The notes under the pieces were generated by a model, which did no database searches, had not been told where the DNA came from, and saw only the letters and a list, made by a program, of their open reading frames with translations. From Candidatus Omnitrophota bacterium (lineage in GTDB: Bacteria > Omnitrophota > Gorgyraeia > Zapsychrales > Fredricksoniimonadaceae), in contig JADFXH010000001.1 of the NCBI GenBank assembly GCA_015233675.1, forward strand, positions 209,138 to 273,137: DNA of 64,000 bases, in the 5' to 3' direction. Numbering within the stretch: position 1 is the stretch's first letter; each line of letters starts with the position of its first letter. Positions 46,467 through 56,605 of the stretch are shown here, one piece after another. A program made the translations under genes and the position numbers.

Positions 46467-47300
46467 TCATCTTGATGATGCTGCCAAATTAGTAATAAAG
46501 ATATCTTTAAAAAACTTTTGCATCTCTATCCATGAAGCTTTATCTGCGGCTTCATTATAAAGAGCACCCGGCGGATCGCCTTTATTGTCCGGATTTGTAA
46601 AGCCGTGCATAGCTCCCGGATATTTGATGAGCCTGTAATTGACTTTTGCATCTGCCATTTCTTTTTCAAAAGCTGACACCTCTTCCGCTTTGACAAAGGG
46701 ATCCGCAGCGCCGTGCAATACCAAAACTTTAGCCTTGATATTCCTGGCGTCTGTCGGTGAAGGAGAGCTTAGCCCCCCATGAAAACTGACAATTCCTTTA
46801 ATTTCTGCCCCGCTTCTAGCTAATTCCAAAACAGCAGTCCCTCCGAAACAATAACCGATTGCGGCTAATTGAGACACATCAACGTCAGGCAGTGATTTTA
46901 AAACATCTAAACCCACATTAACACGTGCCCTTAACAAAGCACGGTCTGCTTTAAATTTACCTGCCATGGCCCCCGCATCTGCAAACGTTTGCGGGCGTAT
47001 GCCCTTACCATAAATATCGGCAGCAAAAGCAACATACCCCAATTGGGCAAGCATGTCCGCACGTCTTTTGGCGTAATCATTGAGACCTTTCCATTCATGC
47101 ACAACCATAATCCCCGGACGTTTGCCATTCAAAGCATCATCATAAACCAAATACCCTTCAAGAGCAGCGTCCCCCTGCTTATACTCAACTGTTTCTTTTA
47201 TAAGAGCCGCTGACGCGGATGGCGTTAGGCCTTTCAAAACCAGGCACGCCAAGAAAATCGACCATGGCCTTGCTATAATTTTCCCCCATGTAAAAACCAT
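46467..47300 (-). CDS. Dienelactone hydrolase family protein
   Basis: HEWKG, GYCFGG, HGAADP, HGFTNP. Confidence 0.95.
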   Translation of the reverse strand: MVFTWGKIIARPWSIFLACLVLKGLTPSASAALIKETVEYKQGDAALEGYLVYDDALNGKRPGIMVVHEWKGLNDYAKRRADMLAQLGYVAFAADIYGKGIRPQTFADAGAMAGKFKADRALLRARVNVGLDVLKSLPDVDVSQLAAIGYCFGGTAVLELARSGAEIKGIVSFHGGLSSPSPTDARNIKAKVLVLHGAADPFVKAEEVSAFEKEMADAKVNYRLIKYPGAMHGFTNPDNKGDPPGALYNEAADKASWIEMQKFFKDIFITNLAASSR

Positions 47301-47311
47301 TTCAGCTCCTT

Positions 47312-47596
47312 CTACTTCAAGTGACCATATTTTAGATAATCAATATCCAACTCATTCATATCACTTTTCATAGGGCCATGAAATCCAAAGGGCGTTTCAG
47401 AAAAAAAAGCCTCTACCAAATCTTTTTCAGAAACAACCGTACGCCCATCTTTTTGAATCAAATCTTCCGCTTTCTGAGACACTTTCTTTTCAGCTATATC
47501 CCTTAAAAAAATTGGCACCCTCGCAATCATCTGCTCAAACTTATTATGAGTAGCTAAATCCCAGGTGATATTATACCGTTTTTCGTTTGTGCCCAT
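47312..47596 (-). CDS. PCP_red-domain small protein
   Basis: W...RVPIFLRDIAEKK pattern. Confidence 0.7.
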   Translation of the reverse strand: MGTNEKRYNITWDLATHNKFEQMIARVPIFLRDIAEKKVSQKAEDLIQKDGRTVVSEKDLVEAFFSETPFGFHGPMKSDMNELDIDYLKYGHLK

Positions 47597-47627
47597 TATA
47601 ACCGTCCTCATGTTGGTTTAATTTTTA

Positions 47628-48440
47628 TCAGTCAAGGGAAAATAAAGACTCAAGAAAGATTAACCCTAAAACAATAAAAATAAAAACAGCCACGACTAAA
47701 ATTCCGTGAAAATAATTGTCAGCGTATGCCGCGCCATAATTCAATGCTAATCCGAAAGCTAAGACCACTCGAAAAATATTGGCAGTAATAACTAATGAAA
47801 TCAGAAAAATAAAAACCGCCCCCCTTTTTAACCAGGTTGTTTTATGGAAAAAAACAAAAAGCGCCGCAAAGACAATCACCAAACCTAATGAATAAAGCGC
47901 CACCAAATCGCCTTGTAAAGAAAGCTTATAAAAATAATCACTTAAAATACCCCCTTTTACAGTACACCCTCCCTGAACAGCGCTTAAAACAAAAAAACTC
48001 CCATGAACAATCAAAGCATTAATTTTAACTGTTACAGTATTCACCCAAGACTCTGAAAATTTGGAAGCAACTATGAAAAAAAATGAAATTAACGATAAAA
48101 TTAATACTACAAAACCCGCACTGGCATTGGCTGGAATGGGGTTCTTGCTTATAATCCCATCGACATTTTCCTCTTTAATATCCGAGTCAGCCAGCTCTGA
48201 GGAGGATGTTTCTATCTTTTCAATGATTGGAGGCGCATCACTGGCAGGCATTGAAAACGGAGGGTTTAAATCTTCCCCGACAGGGGCCGGCTTATTTTCC
48301 GGGGTCTTAGCCTTAAGCTCAGCCTCCCTCACAGCAGCTTCCATTTTCAGCCTGCGCTGTTCAGTAATTTCTATAATCTGCTTGGTTGTATAGACGTGTC
48401 GAGACTCAAAAGAAACCGTCTTTTTTCTTTTAGATAACAT
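47628..48440 (-). CDS. Exosortase/archaeosortase-like membrane protein lacking the catalytic Cys
   Basis: ANIFRV (Arg) and YFHG (His) present; LQGDLVALYSL occupies the place of VxxxCSGLxSL. Confidence 0.7.
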   Translation of the reverse strand: MLSKRKKTVSFESRHVYTTKQIIEITEQRRLKMEAAVREAELKAKTPENKPAPVGEDLNPPFSMPASDAPPIIEKIETSSSELADSDIKEENVDGIISKNPIPANASAGFVVLILSLISFFFIVASKFSESWVNTVTVKINALIVHGSFFVLSAVQGGCTVKGGILSDYFYKLSLQGDLVALYSLGLVIVFAALFVFFHKTTWLKRGAVFIFLISLVITANIFRVVLAFGLALNYGAAYADNYFHGILVVAVFIFIVLGLIFLESLFSLD

Positions 48441-48737
48441 ACGTTATTCTCTGATTTAACACTAGAATTATTTTACCACAACAAAAGAAACATCATAATA
48501 AACTATTTTTTGAAGGTTCAGCCCATAGCCCACCGGTATGAGAAAATCAAGTTCTTCTGAGAAAGATCACGCGTACGAAGGCGCAAATACCTCGCGACCC
48601 TTAATGAAATTCGTTAATTATTAAATAAAGAACTGCTGTTTCTGCTACCAAAATATATGCCAGCAAACTTGTTAAGATTTTAAAATACATTATCACTGCC
48701 CCCCTTTGAAATTCTTCTCTAAGAAATGGGCGCTTTA

Positions 48738-49130
48738 CTATAGTGACCGGGCATAATCAACCATTCCCTGAAAATCTACTACTATAGCATCCTCATTGCC
48801 TTCCACCCATGCATCATGGCCTGAAGGAAGCAGGGAAACATCCCCTGGGTTGCACCTCACGATTGTGCCGTCTTCCATTTTTACAATAATTGTTCCGGAA
48901 ATGTGATACTGAAAATGTGATGCCTCACAATTTTTCGTTTTAGCTATAGGCTGGACCGATGTAGACCACTTCCAACCCGGTTTAAAAATAGCTCGGCCAA
49001 CGGTTGCCCCGCCGATTTTAACAAGCTCAAGCCTGCCTTGAGGAAACAAGCGCACTTCATCAGGCTTATTAAAACTTTTCAATTCGGCCCTCTCCATAGT
49101 CCCTGCAGAATGATGTGTTTTTTTAAACAT
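48738..49130 (-). CDS. Cupin domain protein
   Basis: PGWKWS, CEASH..YHISG, PSGHDAWV. Confidence 0.9.
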   Translation of the reverse strand: MFKKTHHSAGTMERAELKSFNKPDEVRLFPQGRLELVKIGGATVGRAIFKPGWKWSTSVQPIAKTKNCEASHFQYHISGTIIVKMEDGTIVRCNPGDVSLLPSGHDAWVEGNEDAIVVDFQGMVDYARSL

Positions 49131-49151
49131 ATTCACCCCCAACAATTTAAA

Positions 49152-49604
49152 TCAACTTTTCTCTTCTGCCAATTTTGAATCAAACGAACAGCAGCCAGCC
49201 CCTGTGATCAACAAAAAAATCAAACCCAACAGCATACAAAAATCTACACGAGACTCATGGATTGTGCTCCAAAAACCCTTACTTGCAAACATCGGTATCT
49301 TTGTCGTGATAATTGCCACGGTAATATTGATAATCAGCGGAACCGTCGCCAATCTAGTCAATAATCCGACAACAATAAGCAAGCCAAAAACAATTTCAAC
49401 GACACCGACAAACGGGGCCATGACCTCCGGTGCAGGGATCCCTATCCGTATAAAACGCCCAACGCCAAGCGTGTCAGGATAAAGAAACTTTTGGATCCCC
49501 TCGGTAAAAAATACCAATCCCACAATAAGACGGATAAGGATTGTTGCCTCTGGCGCCGATGACTTTAATTTAAAAAACTCAGAAATTTTTGTCATTTTAT
49601 CCAT
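49152..49604 (-). CDS. DoxX-family membrane protein
   Basis: IRLIVGLVFFTEGIQKF, GLLTR, GAG..SFD. Confidence 0.93.
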   Translation of the reverse strand: MDKMTKISEFFKLKSSAPEATILIRLIVGLVFFTEGIQKFLYPDTLGVGRFIRIGIPAPEVMAPFVGVVEIVFGLLIVVGLLTRLATVPLIINITVAIITTKIPMFASKGFWSTIHESRVDFCMLLGLIFLLITGAGCCSFDSKLAEEKS

Positions 49605-49814
49605 TGTCACCTCTCTTATTAATGACACCTATCTATGCCTTTAATATTTTATCCTGTAAATACTTTAGGCATATAGCCAAAATCTCCTTTCTATTAACAT
49701 TTTTCCACTAAATTTAAATAATGCTGTTTCAAATGCAACATTAATCATACCAATGGGATATGATCAAAAGGCCGGACCTAAAACGGGTGGGGTTTTTGAA
49801 AAATGGAGGTGCCG

Positions 49815-50990
49815 TTATTTAAATTTTTCTTGAACGCAATAAGAAATAATTTTTTTTGAAAAATTTGTAATGATCTTCGTTTCAAACTTTAATTTCGTAT
49901 AATTTAAAATTATATCCCATGACCATCCTATCAACAAAGCGAAGAAGGGCATGACCCAAACGAATTGCCGCTGCAGAAACCAATACCCTTTTAGCACATC
50001 CGCTGTCAGCATGGCCTCAATGGGTATAACAATCAGGATTAGAAAAAACAGAAGATGGTCCTTTTTATTTTGATACGGGACTATGTAGGCGGCCAAGACA
50101 CCCCAAATTAAAAGGTTCACCTTAAATTTCTTGAATCCCATCAAGCAGCTCGCTACTGTTGATAGGAACCTGGCCGGATTGACTAAAGGATTGATGATAT
50201 AATCAAATGTCCCAATCCCCCTGGCCAAACATTGGGCACGCGTGAATTCCTGCCCACCACTCAAAAACCAAAAAAAACTCGTCGAAAGTAAAACAGCAAA
50301 GATGATAAAAAACGCCCCCTGTCCCTTCATGATCTCGTTAAGCCGTCTGCGGGGCCATTGCCTCAAAATAACAAAAAAAAGACAGCTTACGACCATCAAA
50401 AGCCCGTAAGCATGATAGATCGTCACAAAAAAGAAGAAAATGCCAATCCCTATCCTCTTGCTTTGTGACAAAAGCTGCGCATTGTCTTGCCCTGTCACCG
50501 GAAATAACATGTCCGCAAAATAAAAACAGGCCAGCGCGAGTGTTGGCAAGACCGCATAAGAACGAAACTCGAAAGCATGATAGACTAGCCACTGGTTAAA
50601 CGTCATAAAAATAAACGCTATCGCAAATGCGATCCAGGAAACTATGTATTTCTTACCAATCTTATAAAAAAGCCAGAAAGCCAACAATGTCGCAACATAA
50701 TGAGGAGAATTGATAAGCCACTTGTTTTGTGTGCCCAAAAAATGCACAAAAGGCCATTTCAACAGATAATCTCCCGGAAAAGGAACAGGCTCACCATTGC
50801 CCAGCCGTAGCCATACTGGCTTAAAGGCTCCCGTCGTCATACTCAACTGATAAATTTCATCACCCCAGAGGCTCCGCCCTGCCAAACGCTGAAGACGAAC
50901 ATAAAAACCGACCACAAAACAAATAACAGCTATCGCTTCAAAGCGGACCCTGTAAATCCACGAACAAAAATTTTTCATACTTCTCCTCAT
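49815..50990 (-). CDS. Membrane protein, GT-C (PMT/GT39-like) candidate
   Basis: SLWGDE after TM1, EFRSYA; multiple TM segments. Confidence 0.7.
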   Translation of the reverse strand: MRRSMKNFCSWIYRVRFEAIAVICFVVGFYVRLQRLAGRSLWGDEIYQLSMTTGAFKPVWLRLGNGEPVPFPGDYLLKWPFVHFLGTQNKWLINSPHYVATLLAFWLFYKIGKKYIVSWIAFAIAFIFMTFNQWLVYHAFEFRSYAVLPTLALACFYFADMLFPVTGQDNAQLLSQSKRIGIGIFFFFVTIYHAYGLLMVVSCLFFVILRQWPRRRLNEIMKGQGAFFIIFAVLLSTSFFWFLSGGQEFTRAQCLARGIGTFDYIINPLVNPARFLSTVASCLMGFKKFKVNLLIWGVLAAYIVPYQNKKDHLLFFLILIVIPIEAMLTADVLKGYWFLQRQFVWVMPFFALLIGWSWDIILNYTKLKFETKIITNFSKKIISYCVQEKFK

Positions 50991-51044
50991 CCGGCATCAA
51001 GTCACCAAGAATTTACCCTTGGCATGCGCAACAATAGGGCTTCA

Positions 51045-52538
51045 TTATTTCTTTATTTTCTGCGCATCAAAAAATTTCAAAATTGTAAATGGTAATATAT
51101 AAATTAAAATAGTTCGAATAAAAGTCGTGCTCTCAAGCAATAAACCATTAAATAACACGTTAACATGGGAAAGAAGAAACAAGGCATAATCATAAAGATA
51201 GTGAAAATACGCAATCCCACCTATTGATATACCCTGAAAAAAATGATTTGAATTTAATATTGTTTGCCATAGCAATACCTGATAGTGGACAATACCCCAA
51301 TCCTCTCTACCAAAAAAAACAGGAATTACGCTCATGTGCCATCTTTCATTATAAATAAAACACAGCATGGACATGGCCGGCATGATGGACAACAGGACCG
51401 CCCCCCATTTCCAAAATGGCCCTATTTTCCCATTCGTCCATTTTAAAAAGAACGCTAAGGGAATAACCAATAAAGGAAATGCTGCTGCAATCAAATAACG
51501 ATAACCATACCATCCTCCCTGCGAACCAAAAGATACAATTGTATAAAAATTAACCAAAAGCGGTAAAGTTGCCAAAACATAACGTTTTGCCCAGGGAATT
51601 CTAATGAAAAAAAATCCCACAACTCCCAATAATAAAAACGGCGCTGTAAAAATTAACCCCCAATCAAGTCCTGTAAACACATATCCAATACGCATGAGAA
51701 TATTCTGCCAAGCTGTCTGCATCGTGATATTATTTAACCAATCAGGGTAGGGATTATAGTGATTATAGGTTTCCGGCCAAATTTTAAACACAAGAATCAT
51801 GCTAATAAACGCAGCAGCAATATAAAAAAACTGAAGGGAAACATTATTTAATGATTTATTTACGGGATTTCTCCCAATAAAAAATAAAGGCCAAACAATA
51901 GCAAGAAGCACATCGTTGTTTCTCGTTAAGAAGACTAAACTAGCAGCGATGCCTAGTAAAACGTATGCCCACCACTGCTTGATAATTCTTCCGCCAGACA
52001 GCTCATTGATCACAAAAAGATAGACAAACAGGCTTTGCATGAAAAACTCTGCTGTATGGCTGAATATTGGCCTATTAAAAGCAAAAAGCGGCATGCCTTG
52101 ACAAAGCACCATCAAAGCAACTGCCCAAGCAGCAAAAGAGCCGCCTACCATCGCCTCCGCCGCTAAATACAATAAATAGCAACCCAAGCATAAATAAAAA
52201 ACACTGGAAAATATAAACCCATACACAGCCCAGCTACTTGGGACATTGCCTCTAGTACGTTTCTCAAGAATTTTTGAGCCTTCCATACGGTCGATTAAGG
52301 AAAATGCGAACACAAACACAGCCGCGAGAATTCCCGAGCCTATAGAACCTTTAGGCCCTTCCTTCAAGGTCGTTAAATATTCGTTCTTATATGAAGGGAA
52401 TTGTCCAAATGCCAAGGATGATGATTGGGCAAAATAGTCGACGTCATCGTTAGGATACATTAAGCCGTATTTTCCCATACTTAGCGGCTGTAATAAAAAG
52501 AAAGCCGCCAAGAAAATAACAAATGCGATTTTGCTCAT
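51045..52538 (-). CDS. Polytopic membrane protein, GT-C-like candidate
   Basis: DDVDYF, FSH, LTR, YGYRYL; many TM segments. Confidence 0.65.
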   Translation of the reverse strand: MSKIAFVIFLAAFFLLQPLSMGKYGLMYPNDDVDYFAQSSSLAFGQFPSYKNEYLTTLKEGPKGSIGSGILAAVFVFAFSLIDRMEGSKILEKRTRGNVPSSWAVYGFIFSSVFYLCLGCYLLYLAAEAMVGGSFAAWAVALMVLCQGMPLFAFNRPIFSHTAEFFMQSLFVYLFVINELSGGRIIKQWWAYVLLGIAASLVFLTRNNDVLLAIVWPLFFIGRNPVNKSLNNVSLQFFYIAAAFISMILVFKIWPETYNHYNPYPDWLNNITMQTAWQNILMRIGYVFTGLDWGLIFTAPFLLLGVVGFFFIRIPWAKRYVLATLPLLVNFYTIVSFGSQGGWYGYRYLIAAAFPLLVIPLAFFLKWTNGKIGPFWKWGAVLLSIMPAMSMLCFIYNERWHMSVIPVFFGREDWGIVHYQVLLWQTILNSNHFFQGISIGGIAYFHYLYDYALFLLSHVNVLFNGLLLESTTFIRTILIYILPFTILKFFDAQKIKK

Positions 52539-52584
52539 AGCCCAAATTTTCTATCTAACTTAATCCATACTTTTATAAAAATAA

Positions 52585-52767
52585 TTATACACCACACCTT
52601 TTTGCGTGGTGAAACTTTGATAAAAAAGACCGGTGACCCGCAACCAGTTGATAAAACCATTCTGCTGCACTTGCAAAAACCGGCAGATGTTCATAATACC
52701 GTAAAAGCCACCGGCGTCTTCCGGTATAATCAAAGGCCTTAAAAACGGCCTTTGCCCCGGAAAAAAT
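52585..52767 (-). pseudogene. C-terminal fragment of a DCC1-like (DUF393) thiol-disulfide oxidoreductase
   Basis: IFSGAKAVFKAF...WLLRYYEHLPVFASAAEWFYQLVAGHR; the N-terminal DxxC part and start are missing. Confidence 0.65.
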
Positions 52768-52777
52768 TACAATATAA

Positions 52778-54235
52778 TTAAAAACCAACCTGTATACGGC
52801 TCGTGATAACGTTCTCCGGCTTGCGATTGCCATTATTTATTGCCGGCAAAGAACCTCGGTGGAATTTGGTTTGTTCGAAATCAAAAACTAATTTAACGTT
52901 AGGATTCAAATACCAGTTAAGCCCCGCGCCCCAAGCGTGTTCTCTTGATATATACGTATTTGGATCTGCGAAACTGTCAGTAAAAATTTTAGGGTCAAGA
53001 TTCAGCTCTCCATAACGCGCGGCCAATTCAAACGCGCCAAGCCCCCCCTTTGAAAAATCAAAGTTGTGATTAGGCGTTACGCCATTATAAGTGGCGTCTT
53101 CACCTGTTAATACATAGGTCGTTGACAATTGCCAGGCTTTGTTATCAAATCTTTGTTTAACCAGAGTACTGCCGCTACCCTTGGCATAATCCTGATAAGA
53201 GTCCACATACTCACCTAAAATTCCAAAAGATTTATAATAGTAGGTAAATTGCGGCGACCTGCGCAGGCGAGGGCCGTTGGGGGATATCCCCGAATAATAA
53301 GAAAAGACCGTGACCTGCCCCGGAGAACTATAAAGAGGGTTATTACTATTATAAGGAGCTGTTGTGCTGACAGTGCCTTCATCCTCATGCCCATAAGCCG
53401 CAGCGAACCCTAAACTAAGGCCCTTAGCGACCTTCAAATCCGTATTCTTAAACGGACTGATCCAGACACGGCCTACTACGTCTTTATCATTATTAGTATC
53501 CGCATTCTCAGTATTGTAAGTTTCATGGTCTACTTCCCCGTTAAAAATACCCACCGCATATTTGAAAGCATCATTAAGGACTCCCCCGGAAACCTGCACG
53601 CCGATATCGCGCTGAGGATAAAGATTTGCAGGCAGTCCTAATTCGGCAAAGTTGTAGTACATAGAACTCTGAAGATTTTCAACACTAAACGGCTCAACGA
53701 ACTTACCTCCCCTGATCTGGAACCAAGGATACTTTGTATAATCCCCATAAGCATAAGTAAGGACTGTGCCGGAAGTTGCTGAAAAATCAGGAACAAGGGT
53801 AAAATTAAAATCATTGGCTACAGTTCCTGTAACATACAGACGGGCGCGGCGGATCAAAAATGTAGATGTGCCAAAAGCGCTGTCTTTTTTATTATCTGTA
53901 AAGACCCTGCCATCTGATTGTAAAAATCCGCTCAGTTTTAATTTATAAGCGTTGTCAGGAGATTTTATGCTGAAGCCATCTTTAAAGTTAGCCGTAATAA
54001 CAGGAGCCGGTGTTGCGGCTTTTACTGGCTCAGCAGCCACCGCTGGAACAGCGGCTTGTGATGCCTTCATCGCCTCAATCTCCGTCTTAAGAGACGCGTT
54101 CTGCTTCTCTACGGCCTCGACACGCTTGAGCAGATCATCGAGCGTGACCGATTGCGCCAACACCGGGAAAGAATAACCTGCAAAAAACACACATCCTAAA
54201 AGCAATACCCCTACCCTTTTTAACTGTTTACTCAT
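52778..54235 (-). CDS. Phosphate-selective porin OprO/OprP family
   Basis: Signal peptide, coiled coil, FLIRRAR, RDIG, LTGE, ELAARY, GLNWYLN, C-terminal Phe. Confidence 0.9.
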   Translation of the reverse strand: MSKQLKRVGVLLLGCVFFAGYSFPVLAQSVTLDDLLKRVEAVEKQNASLKTEIEAMKASQAAVPAVAAEPVKAATPAPVITANFKDGFSIKSPDNAYKLKLSGFLQSDGRVFTDNKKDSAFGTSTFLIRRARLYVTGTVANDFNFTLVPDFSATSGTVLTYAYGDYTKYPWFQIRGGKFVEPFSVENLQSSMYYNFAELGLPANLYPQRDIGVQVSGGVLNDAFKYAVGIFNGEVDHETYNTENADTNNDKDVVGRVWISPFKNTDLKVAKGLSLGFAAAYGHEDEGTVSTTAPYNSNNPLYSSPGQVTVFSYYSGISPNGPRLRRSPQFTYYYKSFGILGEYVDSYQDYAKGSGSTLVKQRFDNKAWQLSTTYVLTGEDATYNGVTPNHNFDFSKGGLGAFELAARYGELNLDPKIFTDSFADPNTYISREHAWGAGLNWYLNPNVKLVFDFEQTKFHRGSLPAINNGNRKPENVITSRIQVGF

Positions 54236-54553
54236 CTCATCTCCTGTCTTTTGGATTGTCCTAACGCTATATAATAAACCTCCGTTAATCGTTTTACACA
54301 TAAAAAAACAAAAATTAATAGTGAGACTAAGCCCGTTTCGGCCCAAAACTGTAAAGCGCATAACAGGCGCCTCGCAGGTTATGATGGGGGTATTTTTAAT
54401 TTTCCTCGAAAAATGGCATAGGTAATTGCAAAGCGATAAACGACTTAATGTCTTATAATTCTGGCAGGCGTGATCTATTGGAGTGCTTTTCTAATAAGGA
54501 TACAGAGGAACTTGCCCCTCCAAAGGTTGGGCATGGGAGGGGCTTCTTTTGCA

Positions 54554-55048
54554 TCAATTCCCGGAAAATTCTATAGGCTGGGCACAGGCACTGCCGCCTG
54601 CGTTGTAATTATAAACCATCCGACCGCCGTCATCCGCACCTTTGGCCATTATTGCTATCAAAACAAGACATAATCCCACGAACACTACGCGTCCTTTCCG
54701 GGGAAACCCTCCGTCAATTGCCGCCCATGCCGCCAACAAAATACTCATCACCAAGGCGGCAAGCATCCAGTGCTTATGAGGAATCAGTAAACTCGACCTG
54801 ACGGATTGGGCAACCATGACCCCCTCTGCCGCATAAAGGCCGCTCCATACTGCTACAGCAGCTGTCAAGGCTCCCCCAAGCAATAGGCAAAAAGCCGCCT
54901 TGGCCCATGTGTCCCTGCGCAATTGATAGGCCAAGGCATAAAGAAATGCAGAACTGATCAAAAAAACAATCGGAAAGTGCACAACCAACGGATGCAGGTT
55001 TTGCAAATGCTGCACACCGGGAAATAGTAACTGCAAGAAATGAATCAT
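54554..55048 (-). CDS. DUF2231 membrane protein
   Basis: LHPLVVHFPI, SGLYA, GGRMVY. Confidence 0.88.
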   Translation of the reverse strand: MIHFLQLLFPGVQHLQNLHPLVVHFPIVFLISSAFLYALAYQLRRDTWAKAAFCLLLGGALTAAVAVWSGLYAAEGVMVAQSVRSSLLIPHKHWMLAALVMSILLAAWAAIDGGFPRKGRVVFVGLCLVLIAIMAKGADDGGRMVYNYNAGGSACAQPIEFSGN

Positions 55049-55410
55049 CCGACTGATTCCACCGTCAAGAACTGGCTGCCGCCCTTGGCATAGGCATGCC
55101 CTGTGACGGTTGCAGTCCTGCCCATTTTGTCAACGACGGCATCCGGTAAAGCTGTATTTTCCTTAACAGGCAAAAGTACATATATCTTGCCGGTCCCATT
55201 TTCCATAATGCCCACCGGAATGCCCTTCTTGGCGCAATCGAGCCCGCATTGACGATGCCCTTCTCCATGAGCGCCCATTGACAAGTAACAAAACGTATCG
55301 ATCACCTCACCCGTGACCTTAATGCTGGCATCATCAGCGAATACAACAACATTCATCCCCATTAAAAATAAAGCAATCATTGCCATCTCCATTAAAAAAT
55401 ATTTTTTCAT
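55045..55410 (-). CDS. Exported Cys/His-containing hypothetical protein
   Basis: Signal peptide; GEVIDTFCY...HRQCGLDCAKKGIPVG; overlaps the DUF2231 start. Confidence 0.8.
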   Translation of the reverse strand: MKKYFLMEMAMIALFLMGMNVVVFADDASIKVTGEVIDTFCYLSMGAHGEGHRQCGLDCAKKGIPVGIMENGTGKIYVLLPVKENTALPDAVVDKMGRTATVTGHAYAKGGSQFLTVESVG

Positions 55411-55484
55411 AATTTTCCCTTTCTTTATGTGTTTTTGATAGAACTTTTAACAGACAAAACTATAACTGATCCCTAATCCGTAAT

Positions 55485-55631
55485 TTACCAATTGCTGCCA
55501 GGACTTGAAGCTGAATTAACAGAATTGGTCTCTGTATTAGTAGATACGGATGGGGCATCCTGACTAAAACTAAGGTTAGCAACTAAAATAAGCGCCCCGA
55601 ATAATCCTAAACTGATCATTGATTTTTTCAT
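55485..55631 (-). CDS. Small secreted peptide or gene remnant (48 aa)
   Basis: MKKSMISLGLFGALILVANLSFSQDAPSVSTNTETNSVNSASSPGSNW, AAGGAG SD. Confidence 0.45.
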   Translation of the reverse strand: MKKSMISLGLFGALILVANLSFSQDAPSVSTNTETNSVNSASSPGSNW

Positions 55632-55973
55632 GGCAAAACTCCTTTTCTGGTTGTCTTTCACACATTACATCTTAAGTAAATGTCATTCCGGGCCGGCCAC
55701 TTGCAAATATAAGTTCCTTATCCAAATGAACGAGCATGGACTCTTTAAATATTTTAAATCGCATTGACATTGCGCTATTGGCTCGATCTTTGCGCTATCA
55801 GTTTTTAATTTCAAACTCATTTGTTAAGGCATTTTCAAAGATAAGCCCCTCTAAAAAAATATCATTTTATTTTTTTATATTTTATAGGACTTCAAAGAAT
55901 TTTAAATGCCCTCTTTCTACATTTATCTGACTTTTATCCACTAAGTGGAATAAATTTTACTGGAGGTTATGAT

Positions 55974-56605
55974 GGGTTTATCCCTGATTTAATTGGGGGA
56001 ATTTATAGCTTACAGGGGCATCTTGCACAATTGGTGGCCTCCAGTATCATATTCGGAATTGGACAGCTGATCATTATTTTTTCCTTTATTGCGTGGGTGG
56101 TTTCAAAATCATTGCGTATCGCATTTGCCATTACGTTGAGCATTTGCGTCATTCCTGTGATTGTGTTGGGGACGATCGGAGGCTGCGAGTTCCTCTCGAC
56201 ATTATTTCCGCTCCGGCATGCAATATAGCCCTTGGATTAGGCATTGACTCCATGATTCACATGGTCAGGGCATTCAGACGGCAGGAATACAAAAACATTA
56301 AAGATACTGAAGCTTGGTCTAAAATCAGGCACCGTTTTTGGCAACCTGTGCTGACTTTCACTTTGGTGATGGTTTTGGGTTTTGGCATTTTTACATTTTC
56401 TGAATTTCCTTCGACCCAGCGGTTTGGAGCAGCTGTAGTATTCGGATCACTAATTGCCGCGATGACCGCTTTATTCGTCATGCCCACAGCATCCCAGCTG
56501 GGCGTTATTCCCCTTAAATTAAACCTTTTACAAAGAATTTCAGCGTATTTTAAGAAGCCTTCACCGTTTAGGAAGCAAAATTCTAAATATGCTTTTCGCC
56601 CTTAA
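55974..56605 (+). pseudogene. C-terminal remnant of an MMPL/RND transporter, frameshifted
   Basis: IGGIYSLQG..SKSLR..GTIG, then a frame change near 56180 to LRVPLDIIS..IALGLGIDSMIH..FSEFPSTQRFG; no start. Confidence 0.78.

Noticed and set aside
48500-48600. Possible riboswitch or ncRNA upstream of the exosortase-like gene
   Set aside because: GC-richer patch but no convincing stems or consensus motif.
54325-54390. Hairpins upstream of the porin as a riboswitch
   Set aside because: Short stems (CATAAC/GTTATG) only; no recognisable aptamer consensus.
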